Source of the DNA: Candidatus Woesearchaeota archaeon
Lineage (GTDB): Archaea; Nanobdellota; Nanobdellia; Woesearchaeales; BS150m-G63
Assembly: GCA_016784165.1 (NCBI GenBank)
Contig: JADHVD010000006.1
Location: forward strand, 74-64,073
Length of the DNA: 64,000 bases
Direction of reading: 5' to 3'
How positions within the stretch are numbered: position 1 is the stretch's first letter; every line of letters begins with the position of its first letter. Made by a program: the position numbers and the translations under genes. The notes beneath the pieces were generated by a model that searched no databases, was not told where the DNA came from, and was given only the letters and a program-made list of their open reading frames with translations. This document shows positions 31,315 through 39,820 of this stretch, piece by piece.

Positions 31315-33210
31315 TTATTTAATTCTAACAGTTTCTAAATCTTGTGGTGCAACGGTTTCTATTCTATTTGCTTTATGTAAAGATGAAGCTAAATCAAGAG
31401 TTTTAGAACTCTCCCCGTGATTCACAATAACTTTTCGTGGTCTTGGGTTACACCGATACACAAAATTCATCAATTCCCTTCTACCACTATGTCCTGTTAA
31501 TCCATCAATAGTATGAACTTCCATATTAAGTTGATAAGTATTTTGTTTTTGACCAGTCATAAGTGAAAATTCTTGAACTCCTCTTTGAATTTTTCTACCC
31601 AATGAACCTTCTCCCTGATAACTAACAAAAATCATTGAATTTTTAGGATTAGAAGATAAATTTTTCAAATACTCTACACTTGGCCCACCAACAAGCATAC
31701 CAGATGTTGCCATAATTACACAAGCACCTTCATCTTCAATAACTTTTTGTCTTTCTTTTTTACTTCCAACTTGTTTAAAGTTTTCTCTCAAAAAAGGATT
31801 TTGATCTTTATGGAATATTAATTTTCTAACAGAATTATTCAAAAATTCAGGATAAGCTGTATGAATAGCAGTTATATCCCAAACCATTCCATCAATATAA
31901 ACAGGAACATCTTTTTTAATTGCTCCTTTAGTAATTAAATCATCAATAATCAATAAAACTTCTTGTGCCCTTCCAGAACCAAGTACTGGTATTAATACTT
32001 TTGAGTTTCTATTAAGCGTTTCAGTTATGATATTACCAATCATATCTTCACATTCTTTTCTTGAAGGCAATATATCATTTTTACTTCCATAAGTAGATTC
32101 AATCATTAATGTTTCAAGTCTAGGAAATTCTGTAACTGCTGGTTCTAATAATTTAGTTCTACCAAATTTCATATCTCCAGTATATAATAAATTATGTAAT
32201 CCATTACCTACATTCATATGTATCATTGCACTACCTAAAATATGGCCTGCATTATACAAAGTAATTCTAATATCTGGTGTAACATCAGTAACTGCACCAT
32301 ATTCAAGACAAATAGTATGTTTAACCATTTGTTCAACTTCTTTAGAAGTAAATATTGGCTCTTTCCCTTCAGACCTCATAATTTTAACATAATCTAACAA
32401 CAATAAAGCAGAAACATCTCTTGTTGGAGCTGTACAATAAACAGGTCCTTTATACCCATATTTAAATAAATAAGGAATAAATCCACAATGATCGATGTGT
32501 GAATGACTTAAAAGAACAGCATCTAGTTCATCTATCTTAAATTCTGGCGCTTCTAAATGTGGATAGGCATATTTATCAGATGCTACATTCACACCACAAT
32601 CTAACAATATCCTAGATTCAGGTGTTTGCAAAAATAAACAACTCCTTCCAACTTCTCTTCCACCACCAAGATAAGTCAACCTTATCCATTCTTCTTTTTT
32701 AGCTCTTATCCAACCATCATACACTCTATGACCTACTTTATCTAAAAATTTTCTTCTTGATTCTGAATTTTGATACAAAACTGCACGAATTCCTTCTATT
32801 AATTTACACCTTATTGCTGGTTTTCTTCTTACGTGTGGAATCCATAAAGTTTCATTTTTTATTTCCCTAAGAAGGCTACCTTGTTTTCCAATAGCCAAAC
32901 CTGGCTTTTCAACTTCAATTATAACTCTACTTCTTTTTGGATCAAAAATAATATTATCTATTCCAGTTTCTTCTGGTAATAATTCTTTTATCTTTTTCTT
33001 TACTAATTCAACATCCATACAAATTGCAGGATCAGGTCTTAACTCTATTCTTTTCTTAAATTTATGTACTATTTCCCTTATCATACCATTATTATTAAAG
33101 AAAAAATCTTGGTCTTTTGTATAAAGCACTATGTTAGCACCCTCAAAACTAACTTCTGAGATTTTCCCATCTGGTATCTCTTTCAATATTTCATCAGTTA
33201 TTTTAGACAT
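31315..33210 (-). CDS. Archaeal CPSF1 (FttA): KH domains plus beta-CASP ribonuclease, transcription termination factor
   Basis: N-terminal KH domains, GGGREVGRS, HSHIDH, AGHILG, ESTYG, GHSG, NHGE; adjacent to psmB. Confidence 0.95.
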   Translation of the reverse strand: MSKITDEILKEIPDGKISEVSFEGANIVLYTKDQDFFFNNNGMIREIVHKFKKRIELRPDPAICMDVELVKKKIKELLPEETGIDNIIFDPKRSRVIIEVEKPGLAIGKQGSLLREIKNETLWIPHVRRKPAIRCKLIEGIRAVLYQNSESRRKFLDKVGHRVYDGWIRAKKEEWIRLTYLGGGREVGRSCLFLQTPESRILLDCGVNVASDKYAYPHLEAPEFKIDELDAVLLSHSHIDHCGFIPYLFKYGYKGPVYCTAPTRDVSALLLLDYVKIMRSEGKEPIFTSKEVEQMVKHTICLEYGAVTDVTPDIRITLYNAGHILGSAMIHMNVGNGLHNLLYTGDMKFGRTKLLEPAVTEFPRLETLMIESTYGSKNDILPSRKECEDMIGNIITETLNRNSKVLIPVLGSGRAQEVLLIIDDLITKGAIKKDVPVYIDGMVWDITAIHTAYPEFLNNSVRKLIFHKDQNPFLRENFKQVGSKKERQKVIEDEGACVIMATSGMLVGGPSVEYLKNLSSNPKNSMIFVSYQGEGSLGRKIQRGVQEFSLMTGQKQNTYQLNMEVHTIDGLTGHSGRRELMNFVYRCNPRPRKVIVNHGESSKTLDLASSLHKANRIETVAPQDLETVRIK

Positions 33211-33312
33211 TTTTTATCCCTTTATCAATCTTTTAAAAATGTATAAAACTTCGAGACTTTTTTTAAGTCTTGTTGTTTTAGACATTTTTATTAACCCTTT
33301 ATCAATCTTTTT
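33201..33312. repeat. Duplicated aCPSF1 start and leader region enclosing a 23-aa uORF (33214-33285, minus)
   Basis: TTTTAGACATTTTT at 33201 and 33276; CCCTTTATCAATCTTTT twice; uORF MSKTTRLKKSLEVLYIFKRLIKG*. Confidence 0.7.
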
Positions 33313-33441
33313 TATTAACTCCTTATCTTGTTATTTATTTTATCTTATTATATTTTTAAAATTAAATTAAGAATATTGTAATTAATATTCATTTCATAAA
33401 AATCATTTAACCTATTAAAATAATTTGCCCAACATAAACAT

Positions 33442-34089
33442 TTAAACACTTATTGTTGAATCTATTTCTTTTTCAAAAACAGTCTTTACGCCCTCTTGAG
33501 TAACTGCCACTATATCTATTCCGTTTCCAGATGCAGTATCTCTTTGCATTGAAGCGTTAATTGATTTAACAACTAATTTAATTCCTTCTTCAATAGTCAT
33601 GTCTTTTTTATATAAAGTTTCTAAAACTCCATAAACCATAACACTTCCAGAACCAGAAGAAACATAATCATCAACTAAAGTTATTGTTCCATCTGCAAAA
33701 ATATCATACAAATAATAACTATGATTATCTTTTCCAGCCATCAAAAAATGACTTATTCCAGGTACCATACTTGGTTTTCTAAGATTATTATAGACCATTC
33801 TTGCCATAAGATTAGCTGCTTCTTTCACAGTACATTCTCTGCCAATTCTTATTCTTTTCAATCTCAGTTCTGCTTGTGCTAACTTAATCATTAATTGAGC
33901 ATCTGAAGCAGTTCCAGCCATAGTGACTGAAATATTACTAGTTAAAGGTAATACTTTCTTAGTTTTCTTATTAGCAACTAATTGACCACCAAGAGTTGTT
34001 CTTCTATCAGCCCCAAGTACAATTCCATCTTTACAAACAATACCTAAAGTAGTTGTACCTGTTTTCATTAAATTTTGTCCGTCATTCAT
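33442..34089 (-). CDS. psmB: Proteasome beta subunit
   Basis: KTG/TTT propeptide site, GADRR, AGTASDAQ, SSGSGS, RDTASG. Confidence 0.96.
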   Translation of the reverse strand: MNDGQNLMKTGTTTLGIVCKDGIVLGADRRTTLGGQLVANKKTKKVLPLTSNISVTMAGTASDAQLMIKLAQAELRLKRIRIGRECTVKEAANLMARMVYNNLRKPSMVPGISHFLMAGKDNHSYYLYDIFADGTITLVDDYVSSGSGSVMVYGVLETLYKKDMTIEEGIKLVVKSINASMQRDTASGNGIDIVAVTQEGVKTVFEKEIDSTISV

Positions 34090-34134
34090 TTTATTTTTTA
34101 GAACTCTTTCTCAGAATACCATCTTTAATATAAA

Positions 34135-34158
34135 GGGGGAATATATAAATCTTTCGGA
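34135..34158 (-). promoter_or_regulatory. Archaeal BRE/TATA promoter of psmB
   Basis: Minus strand CCGAAAGATTTATATATTCC about 50 nt upstream of the start. Confidence 0.6.
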
Positions 34159-34175
34159 AAACTCCCCCATCATAT

Positions 34176-35507
34176 TCAGAGTTCCATCTTTTTAATAAAT
34201 CCAAATATAATTAATACAACCACTAAAAGCAGTAATAAAACCAAGCTAAATACAATCAAAAAAGGAGTCATGTTTTCAAACTCAATTTCTTCACTTTCAG
34301 TTATTTCTGCATTTCCAGAAACTGGTTGAACAATCACATTAGCTGCAATATTAGCCATATCTAAATGCTGTTGAACAAGTAAATCAATCCCTTCAACTAC
34401 AGCACTTTCACAACTAACATTAAGATAAACAACCTCTTGTTCAGTGTCACTACCATAATCTGCTTTAACAGTGATTGGAAAAATTCCCCCAACTAAAGCT
34501 TCAACATAATAACTCTTCTCAAACATATTATCTTCATTTTTATAGTTACTGTCTAATTCAATATTTTCAAAAACACTGAATCCCAACTCATCACTATACA
34601 ACAAAAGAGAAACATCTTCATCTTTTTTCCCAATATTCACTAATTCAACATCTAATTTAGCTGTATCACCACATTCAACCATACTATCAATATCGCTAAA
34701 AAGCAAAAGCTCATGGGTTTGTTTATCTAATTCAACCTCAAACTCAAGATTTTGTTCATAATTCACCCCAAAATCATCTTCTCCATTTAATTCAATACTC
34801 AATTCATAATTTTTCTCTTTCAATTGTAAAGGAATCTCAAACTCAATCTCAATTTCTTCTTCTTTATCTGCAGAAATAGAAAGCTCTTCAACCTCTAATT
34901 CAATATCACCTCCATTATCAATATCTCTAAGCACAACTCTCAACTCGACATTTTCCATCTCAACATCAGTATCTTTATCAAACAAATTCTTAATATCAAA
35001 TTTCAGTTTCACAATAGAACCAGGTCTAACGTCTTTAATCGTACCCCCAGTTTCATCTACATTTTTATCTTTATGTCCATCAACATATGCTTTTAAATTA
35101 TCTATCTTTAACATTACTGGAATCGTCGTCCCATCCCCATAACTCAAAACCAATAAATCACCATCATTTACTTCATAACTGCTTAATCCAACCATAGAAT
35201 ATTCTAATTCACCATTATCTGCAGTATAAAACGCCCAATACTCCCCATCATATTCACATCCACCACCAACAGCAGCTTCAGTTCCAACACCACCTATTTT
35301 ACACAACATATATCCCCAACCAGGGTATTCATTCCAAAAAGCACTAAACCCGCTTTTTTCTAATAATTCATACCCACTAGACCCTTCATCAACATCCAAG
35401 CATTCACTTTCTATCTTATCTGGAAATTCTACAACCACGCAAACTTCTGCTGCAACCCCTAACCCAACTAAAACTAAAATCATCATCACCCAAATTATCT
35501 GTTTCAT
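34176..35507 (-). CDS. DUF4430 (cobalamin-binding-like) domain fused to S-layer-like Ig modules, with C-terminal TM anchor
   Basis: Signal peptide, GYELLEK...MLCKIGG...YWAFY...VGLSSYEVNDGDLLVLSYG, then a module shared with 25552-28374. Confidence 0.8.
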   Translation of the reverse strand: MKQIIWVMMILVLVGLGVAAEVCVVVEFPDKIESECLDVDEGSSGYELLEKSGFSAFWNEYPGWGYMLCKIGGVGTEAAVGGGCEYDGEYWAFYTADNGELEYSMVGLSSYEVNDGDLLVLSYGDGTTIPVMLKIDNLKAYVDGHKDKNVDETGGTIKDVRPGSIVKLKFDIKNLFDKDTDVEMENVELRVVLRDIDNGGDIELEVEELSISADKEEEIEIEFEIPLQLKEKNYELSIELNGEDDFGVNYEQNLEFEVELDKQTHELLLFSDIDSMVECGDTAKLDVELVNIGKKDEDVSLLLYSDELGFSVFENIELDSNYKNEDNMFEKSYYVEALVGGIFPITVKADYGSDTEQEVVYLNVSCESAVVEGIDLLVQQHLDMANIAANVIVQPVSGNAEITESEEIEFENMTPFLIVFSLVLLLLLVVVLIIFGFIKKMEL

Positions 35508-36229
35508 TCTTTTTCCCCCTCGCCAATTTTACTTTTAATTTCATAAATATTTTCACTTTCAGTTTTATTTTTATTTTTATTTTTCAAAATCTTGATCATA
35601 TCTTTACACATTTTTTTTTCATTAAATCCTCCTTTTTCTTCAACAAAAGTTTTAGCTTTTCCTAAACCTAAAGAAAAAATAACATTAGAAACCAAATGTA
35701 CTAATGTAAAAGGTAAAGCTGTAAAAAATATCGCAAATATACTAAAAGGCATAAACATCAAAGTGCCAAAATTGACAATGATTTCATAAGCGAGTGTTGC
35801 TATTCCTGCAACAATCATAATCTCAAACCATTTAGCTTTCTTCCTCAAATATCCCCCAAAAAAGCCAGCCACCCCAAAACCTAATGCCTGAAAAATTGTC
35901 CAAGGACCTTGACCTCCAAACATAAAAAAGTTAGAAACATATAAAGCACCTGCCCCAGTCAAAAATCCTTTTTTCTTTCCAAATAACCACCCAGCCAATA
36001 TTGCAAAAAAAGTAATTGGTTCAGCACTTGGTACTGATTGCATGGGAATTCTCAACAACGCCCCACCAAACATCAACCCAATCAAAACAAGATACTCCTT
36101 CATCTTAAGTAAATCTAACTGTTTTAATAAAAGATGTAAAGCTAACCTCTCTTTACCTTTCAATTTTGTAGATACTTTATTCTCTTTCTTTAATTTCTCT
36201 TTCTCTTTTTGGACAACTTTTTGTTTCAT
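35504..36229 (-). CDS. cbrT: ECF transporter S-component, CbrT-like (cobalamin)
   Basis: LLRIPMQSVPSAEPIT...SNFFMFGGQGPWTIFQ...HLVSN; about 6 TM helices; likely start 36229 or 36244 rather than 36346. Confidence 0.8.
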   Translation of the reverse strand: MKQKVVQKEKEKLKKENKVSTKLKGKERLALHLLLKQLDLLKMKEYLVLIGLMFGGALLRIPMQSVPSAEPITFFAILAGWLFGKKKGFLTGAGALYVSNFFMFGGQGPWTIFQALGFGVAGFFGGYLRKKAKWFEIMIVAGIATLAYEIIVNFGTLMFMPFSIFAIFFTALPFTLVHLVSNVIFSLGLGKAKTFVEEKGGFNEKKMCKDMIKILKNKNKNKTESENIYEIKSKIGEGEKE

Positions 36230-36230
36230 T

Positions 36231-36698
36231 TTAAGCCATATCATACAATAACGCCAAATAAGCTTTATTAAAAATCTTAAACCAATCAAACCGCTCTTTA
36301 ACATCAGGAGACATTTGAAAAAGTTCTGATCTCGATAACATATCATTAAATTTTTTAGTTTGTATCACTTCATCAACCTCTTCATAAGATATGGATTCCT
36401 GAATTTCTATTTCTTTTTCTTGTTTTCTTTCTTCATTAACAGATTCATAAGAAAGATAAGGATTTTCTTTTGCTTCACCACCCAAATAAGAAAACAATTC
36501 AGAATAATCTATTTGTTTATCAATTAAATTAGTAGAATAATCAAATTTTATTTTACCCTCATCTGATTGAGTAGAATCATCATCCTCAATTTTAGCATCA
36601 ATGGTTTCTTTTTTATTTTCCCCTTTTCGCTCTAGTTCAATTGCCTGAAGCACTTCCACCAAAAGAGTATTTTCTTTCTTTATCAAAATATCACCCAA
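36231..36698 (-). CDS. Acidic hypothetical protein, first gene after the riboswitch
   Basis: 155 aa; TTG start at 36698 or 36686, each with a GGTGA SD-like site; stop coupled to cbrT. Confidence 0.7.
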   Translation of the reverse strand: MGDILIKKENTLLVEVLQAIELERKGENKKETIDAKIEDDDSTQSDEGKIKFDYSTNLIDKQIDYSELFSYLGGEAKENPYLSYESVNEERKQEKEIEIQESISYEEVDEVIQTKKFNDMLSRSELFQMSPDVKERFDWFKIFNKAYLALLYDMA

Positions 36699-36811
36699 TC
36701 ACCGCCTTGAGAAAGAATAAATTCCCTTGCTCGAGGTTTTATGTCCATAAGTTTTCCGACTCTAACGGTTGCGGCACAGTCAAGGGTTTTCACCTTAGTT
36801 TCCTTAATAGA
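36699..36811 (-). ncRNA. Cobalamin riboswitch, compact class II-like
   Basis: P1 UCUA/UGGA; P3 UAAG/CUUA; J3/4 GAAACU; P4 AAGG-UGAAAAC-CCUU; ACUGUGCCGCAA; P6 CCG-UUAGAGU-CGG; linker CAUAAAAC; upstream of B12 uptake genes. Confidence 0.88.
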
Positions 36812-36830
36812 TAAAATATAAAAAAACAGA

Positions 36831-36850
36831 ATAAATATATAAAACTTTCC
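36831..36850 (-). promoter_or_regulatory. BRE/TATA promoter of the riboswitch operon
   Basis: GGAAAGTTTTATATATTTAT; predicted TSS near 36812, the 5' end of the aptamer. Confidence 0.65.
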
Positions 36851-36879
36851 AACCAGAATTAAGTGGTAAAAAACAAACC

Positions 36880-38328
36880 TTAATAACTCTTAGCAAAATA
36901 AAGCAAATGTTTTCCTTCTTTTCCGCAGTAGACACACTTACCTAATTTTTTTGGTTGAGAAAAAGGAATATTCAAAGTTTTAGCGCCACCAGTCTCAAAT
37001 TTGATGTTCTCTTCACAACCAACTTTTCCACACCAATTAGCTTTAACAAATTTCCCACTTTTAATAGCTTTCTTAAATTCAGCAAAACTTTTAACCTCAA
37101 CAATATTACTCTTTAAAAACTTTTTAGCTTTTTCAAACATATTTTTTTGTATATCATCCAAAACACTTTTGATTTTCTTATCAAGCCCACTAAACTTAAC
37201 AATTTCTTTTTCACCAGTATCTCTTCGAGCAAGCATAACACTTCCTTTCTCCAAATCCCTTGGGCCTAATTCCAATCTAACAGGAATCCCTTTCAATTCC
37301 CATTCATTAAATTTCCAACCAGGGCTATAATCATCTCTTTCATCTAAAATCACACCATATTTCTCAAGTTTTTTCTTTAACTCTTTTGCTTTTTTCAAAA
37401 CTTTAGCTTTAGTATCTTTAAACAATATAGGTACAATTACCACTTTATTTGGTGCCATTTTTGGAGGAATCACTAATCCTTTATCATCTCCATGGATTGC
37501 ATACATTATTCCAAGACTTCTAGTAGTTATTCCCCAAGAATTCTGCCAAACATACTTCTTTTTCATATCTTTATCAACAAAACTAATCCCAAACACTTTA
37601 GCAAAATTTTGTCCAAGTGCATGGGAAGTTGCACCCTGAATAGCTTTTCCATCTGGAAACATCATTTCAACACTCACAGTATAATCAGCACCTGCAAATT
37701 TCTCTTTATCTGATTTTGTTCCTTTCAAAACTGGGACAGCGAGTAATTCCTCAAAAACCTTAGCATATAAGTCTAAAATCTTAAACACTTCTTTATCTGC
37801 GCCTTCTTTATCTGCATGTGCTGTGTGCCCTTCCTGCCACAAAAACTCTCTTGTTCTTATGAAAGGCATAGGATGTTTAAACTCCCACCTCACAACATTG
37901 CACCATTGATTTATCAAAAGAGGTAAATCTTGATAACTCCTAATCCATTTTTTATAACTATCATACATAATTGTTTCAGAAGTAGGTCTAATCGCTAATC
38001 TTTCTTTTAATTTAGAATTTCCAGTGTGAGTAACCCAAGCAACTTCTGGAGTAAAACCTTCAACATGATCTTGTTCTTTTTTCAGTAAATTTTCAGGAAT
38101 CAATAAAGGAAAATATGCATTTTTAACCCCTAATTTTTTAATCTCTTTATCAAAAAACTGTTGTATCTTTTCCCACATCTCATAAGCCAAAGGCCTAATT
38201 ACCATACAACCAGAAACGCCAGTATACTCTATCAATTCTGCTTTCTGGATAACTTGAGTATACCATTCAGAAAAATCATCCGATTTATTAACAGTTATAC
38301 CTGCCTCCTGTTTACCTTTCTTTGCCAT
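36880..38328 (-). CDS. proS: Prolyl-tRNA synthetase, archaeal/eukaryal type
   Basis: FSEWYTQVI, IRPTSET, QWCNVVRWE, REFLWQEGHT, QGATSHALGQNF, C-terminal LYFAKSY. Confidence 0.97.
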   Translation of the reverse strand: MAKKGKQEAGITVNKSDDFSEWYTQVIQKAELIEYTGVSGCMVIRPLAYEMWEKIQQFFDKEIKKLGVKNAYFPLLIPENLLKKEQDHVEGFTPEVAWVTHTGNSKLKERLAIRPTSETIMYDSYKKWIRSYQDLPLLINQWCNVVRWEFKHPMPFIRTREFLWQEGHTAHADKEGADKEVFKILDLYAKVFEELLAVPVLKGTKSDKEKFAGADYTVSVEMMFPDGKAIQGATSHALGQNFAKVFGISFVDKDMKKKYVWQNSWGITTRSLGIMYAIHGDDKGLVIPPKMAPNKVVIVPILFKDTKAKVLKKAKELKKKLEKYGVILDERDDYSPGWKFNEWELKGIPVRLELGPRDLEKGSVMLARRDTGEKEIVKFSGLDKKIKSVLDDIQKNMFEKAKKFLKSNIVEVKSFAEFKKAIKSGKFVKANWCGKVGCEENIKFETGGAKTLNIPFSQPKKLGKCVYCGKEGKHLLYFAKSY

Positions 38329-38420
38329 GTTTTAACCAAACTTTATTCACTATTTAAATATTTCTCTTAAACTCAATAAGTTACACAAATAAAAAATAAA
38401 TGAAAACAAATAAAATAAAA

Positions 38421-38864
38421 TTATTCCAGTCCTTTCAATACTTTGTCTAATGCAACAAATAGATTGTCTTCTTCTACTTTGCTAGTTTTTGCCTTGCCAC
38501 CAACAGTTAATTCTGCTGTTATTTTTTTGCCATCCAAAACAACACTTATCTTTTCAAAGTCTTTATTGCCATCAGAAAACTTTCTGGTATAACTACCAAC
38601 AATTTTTTTCACTACAACCATTGTTCCAAAATCCACTGCCTTAAACCCAGAAAGCTCGATTCCACCACCTAATGTTACTGTATCTCCACCACTATTTTTA
38701 GTTTCTTTAACTTCAGTTTCTTTAACTTCAGCTTCTTTAACTTCAGTTTCTTTAACTTCAGCTTCTTTAACTTCAGCTTCTTTAACTTCAGCTTCTTTAA
38801 CTTCAGTTTCTTTAACTTCAGTTTCTTTAACTTCGGCTTCTTTCACTTCTTCTTCCTTATTCAC
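38421..38864 (-). CDS. Small protein: (VKE[A/T]E)10 repeat plus putative HPF/RaiA-like fold
   Basis: GTG start with GGGGGTG SD; predicted beta-alpha-beta-beta-beta-alpha ending DNLFVALDKVLKGLE. Confidence 0.6.
   Translation of the reverse strand: MNKEEEVKEAEVKETEVKETEVKEAEVKEAEVKEAEVKETEVKEAEVKETEVKETKNSGGDTVTLGGGIELSGFKAVDFGTMVVVKKIVGSYTRKFSDGNKDFEKISVVLDGKKITAELTVGGKAKTSKVEEDNLFVALDKVLKGLE
38701..38850. repeat. 15-bp coding tandem repeat, 10 copies
   Basis: G(T/C)TTCTTTAACTTCA units from 38701. Confidence 0.95.
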
Positions 38865-38908
38865 TGTAAAACACCCCCATACAATTATATTAAGGAATAT
38901 AATAGAAA

Positions 38909-39718
38909 TTATTTATCAGGACCTAATATATATTTTTTCATTCTTTCTACAAAATCTCGTGCATCTAATAAATATTTATCATAATGTTTTCCTTCAATAC
39001 TTCTTATTTCTTTATGACCTATTTTTTTTGCCAATTCATAAAAATTTTTCATGGTTTTAACATATTTTTTCTCAAGCAAACCTTTTTTCACTAATTTCTC
39101 ATCAAGTAAGTCTGCAACATGTGAAGGGGAAGGTGGAATTTCGCCCAATTTCATTAAAGCAGAATGTGCACTATCAATAACAGCCCAATATAAATCAAGA
39201 GTTGCCTGCACTAAATGCCATCTAGAATTATGCAAAGTTCTAGGAGCTCTAGCAAAATAGACCCAAACAGATTCAGGACTTGGCCTTATTCTACCTTGCA
39301 CAAGTAAACTCTGTAAAGGTTCAAAAAATCCAGAATCAAGCAAAACCAATCCATCTCTTAATATATTCACCCCAACAGGATCTCCTGCACGTACATATTC
39401 CCAAAAACTAGTAAACTTAAGTGTTGTAACATGTATCTTATCAGAAGTATCTGCAATTATCTTTTCAACAATAATTCTATATGCTTCAACAACATCTGCA
39501 GAAAGTACCATAGAAACATCATCAACAATCAATAAGATATCAATATCTCCTTCTTTCTTTTTTTCTCGCCTTGCACTACTACCAAAAAGCACAATCGCTT
39601 TCAAAAAAGAACCAAATTCTTTATATGTTTTTTTAGCAAAACTATATGCTAACTCCATATCTTGTTTATGATAATCTCCTTTTGCAGGACTATCTTTTTG
39701 TTCTATATTAAATTTCAT
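38909..39718 (-). CDS. Minimal nucleotidyltransferase (MNT) fused to a HEPN-like domain
   Basis: LFGSSAR...GDIDILLIVDD; helical C-terminus YWAVIDSAHSAL...AKKIGH. Confidence 0.8.
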   Translation of the reverse strand: MKFNIEQKDSPAKGDYHKQDMELAYSFAKKTYKEFGSFLKAIVLFGSSARREKKKEGDIDILLIVDDVSMVLSADVVEAYRIIVEKIIADTSDKIHVTTLKFTSFWEYVRAGDPVGVNILRDGLVLLDSGFFEPLQSLLVQGRIRPSPESVWVYFARAPRTLHNSRWHLVQATLDLYWAVIDSAHSALMKLGEIPPSPSHVADLLDEKLVKKGLLEKKYVKTMKNFYELAKKIGHKEIRSIEGKHYDKYLLDARDFVERMKKYILGPDK

Positions 39719-39780
39719 TTATGCCTTCTAAATCCTTTTTTGTTTTGTGATTTATTAAATTTTATAACCATTGGTTGATA

Positions 39781-39820
39781 GTTAATCCAAATTAACTCAA
39801 ATTAATCCAAATCATTCCAA
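39781..39820. repeat. 10-bp-period array, 4 copies, after the TIM-barrel gene
   Basis: GTTAATCCAA ATTAACTCAA ATTAATCCAA ATCATTCCAA. Confidence 0.6.

Noticed and set aside
31312-31317. Convergent genes abutting with no spacer (also 55485/55486)
   Set aside because: Ordinary for compact DPANN genomes.
36230-36346. N-terminal extension of cbrT given by the ORF track
   Set aside because: Overlaps the upstream gene by 116 bp; the ATG at 36229 couples to the upstream stop.
38701-38850. Possible CRISPR array
   Set aside because: Contiguous 15-bp in-frame coding units without spacers; no cas genes in the window.
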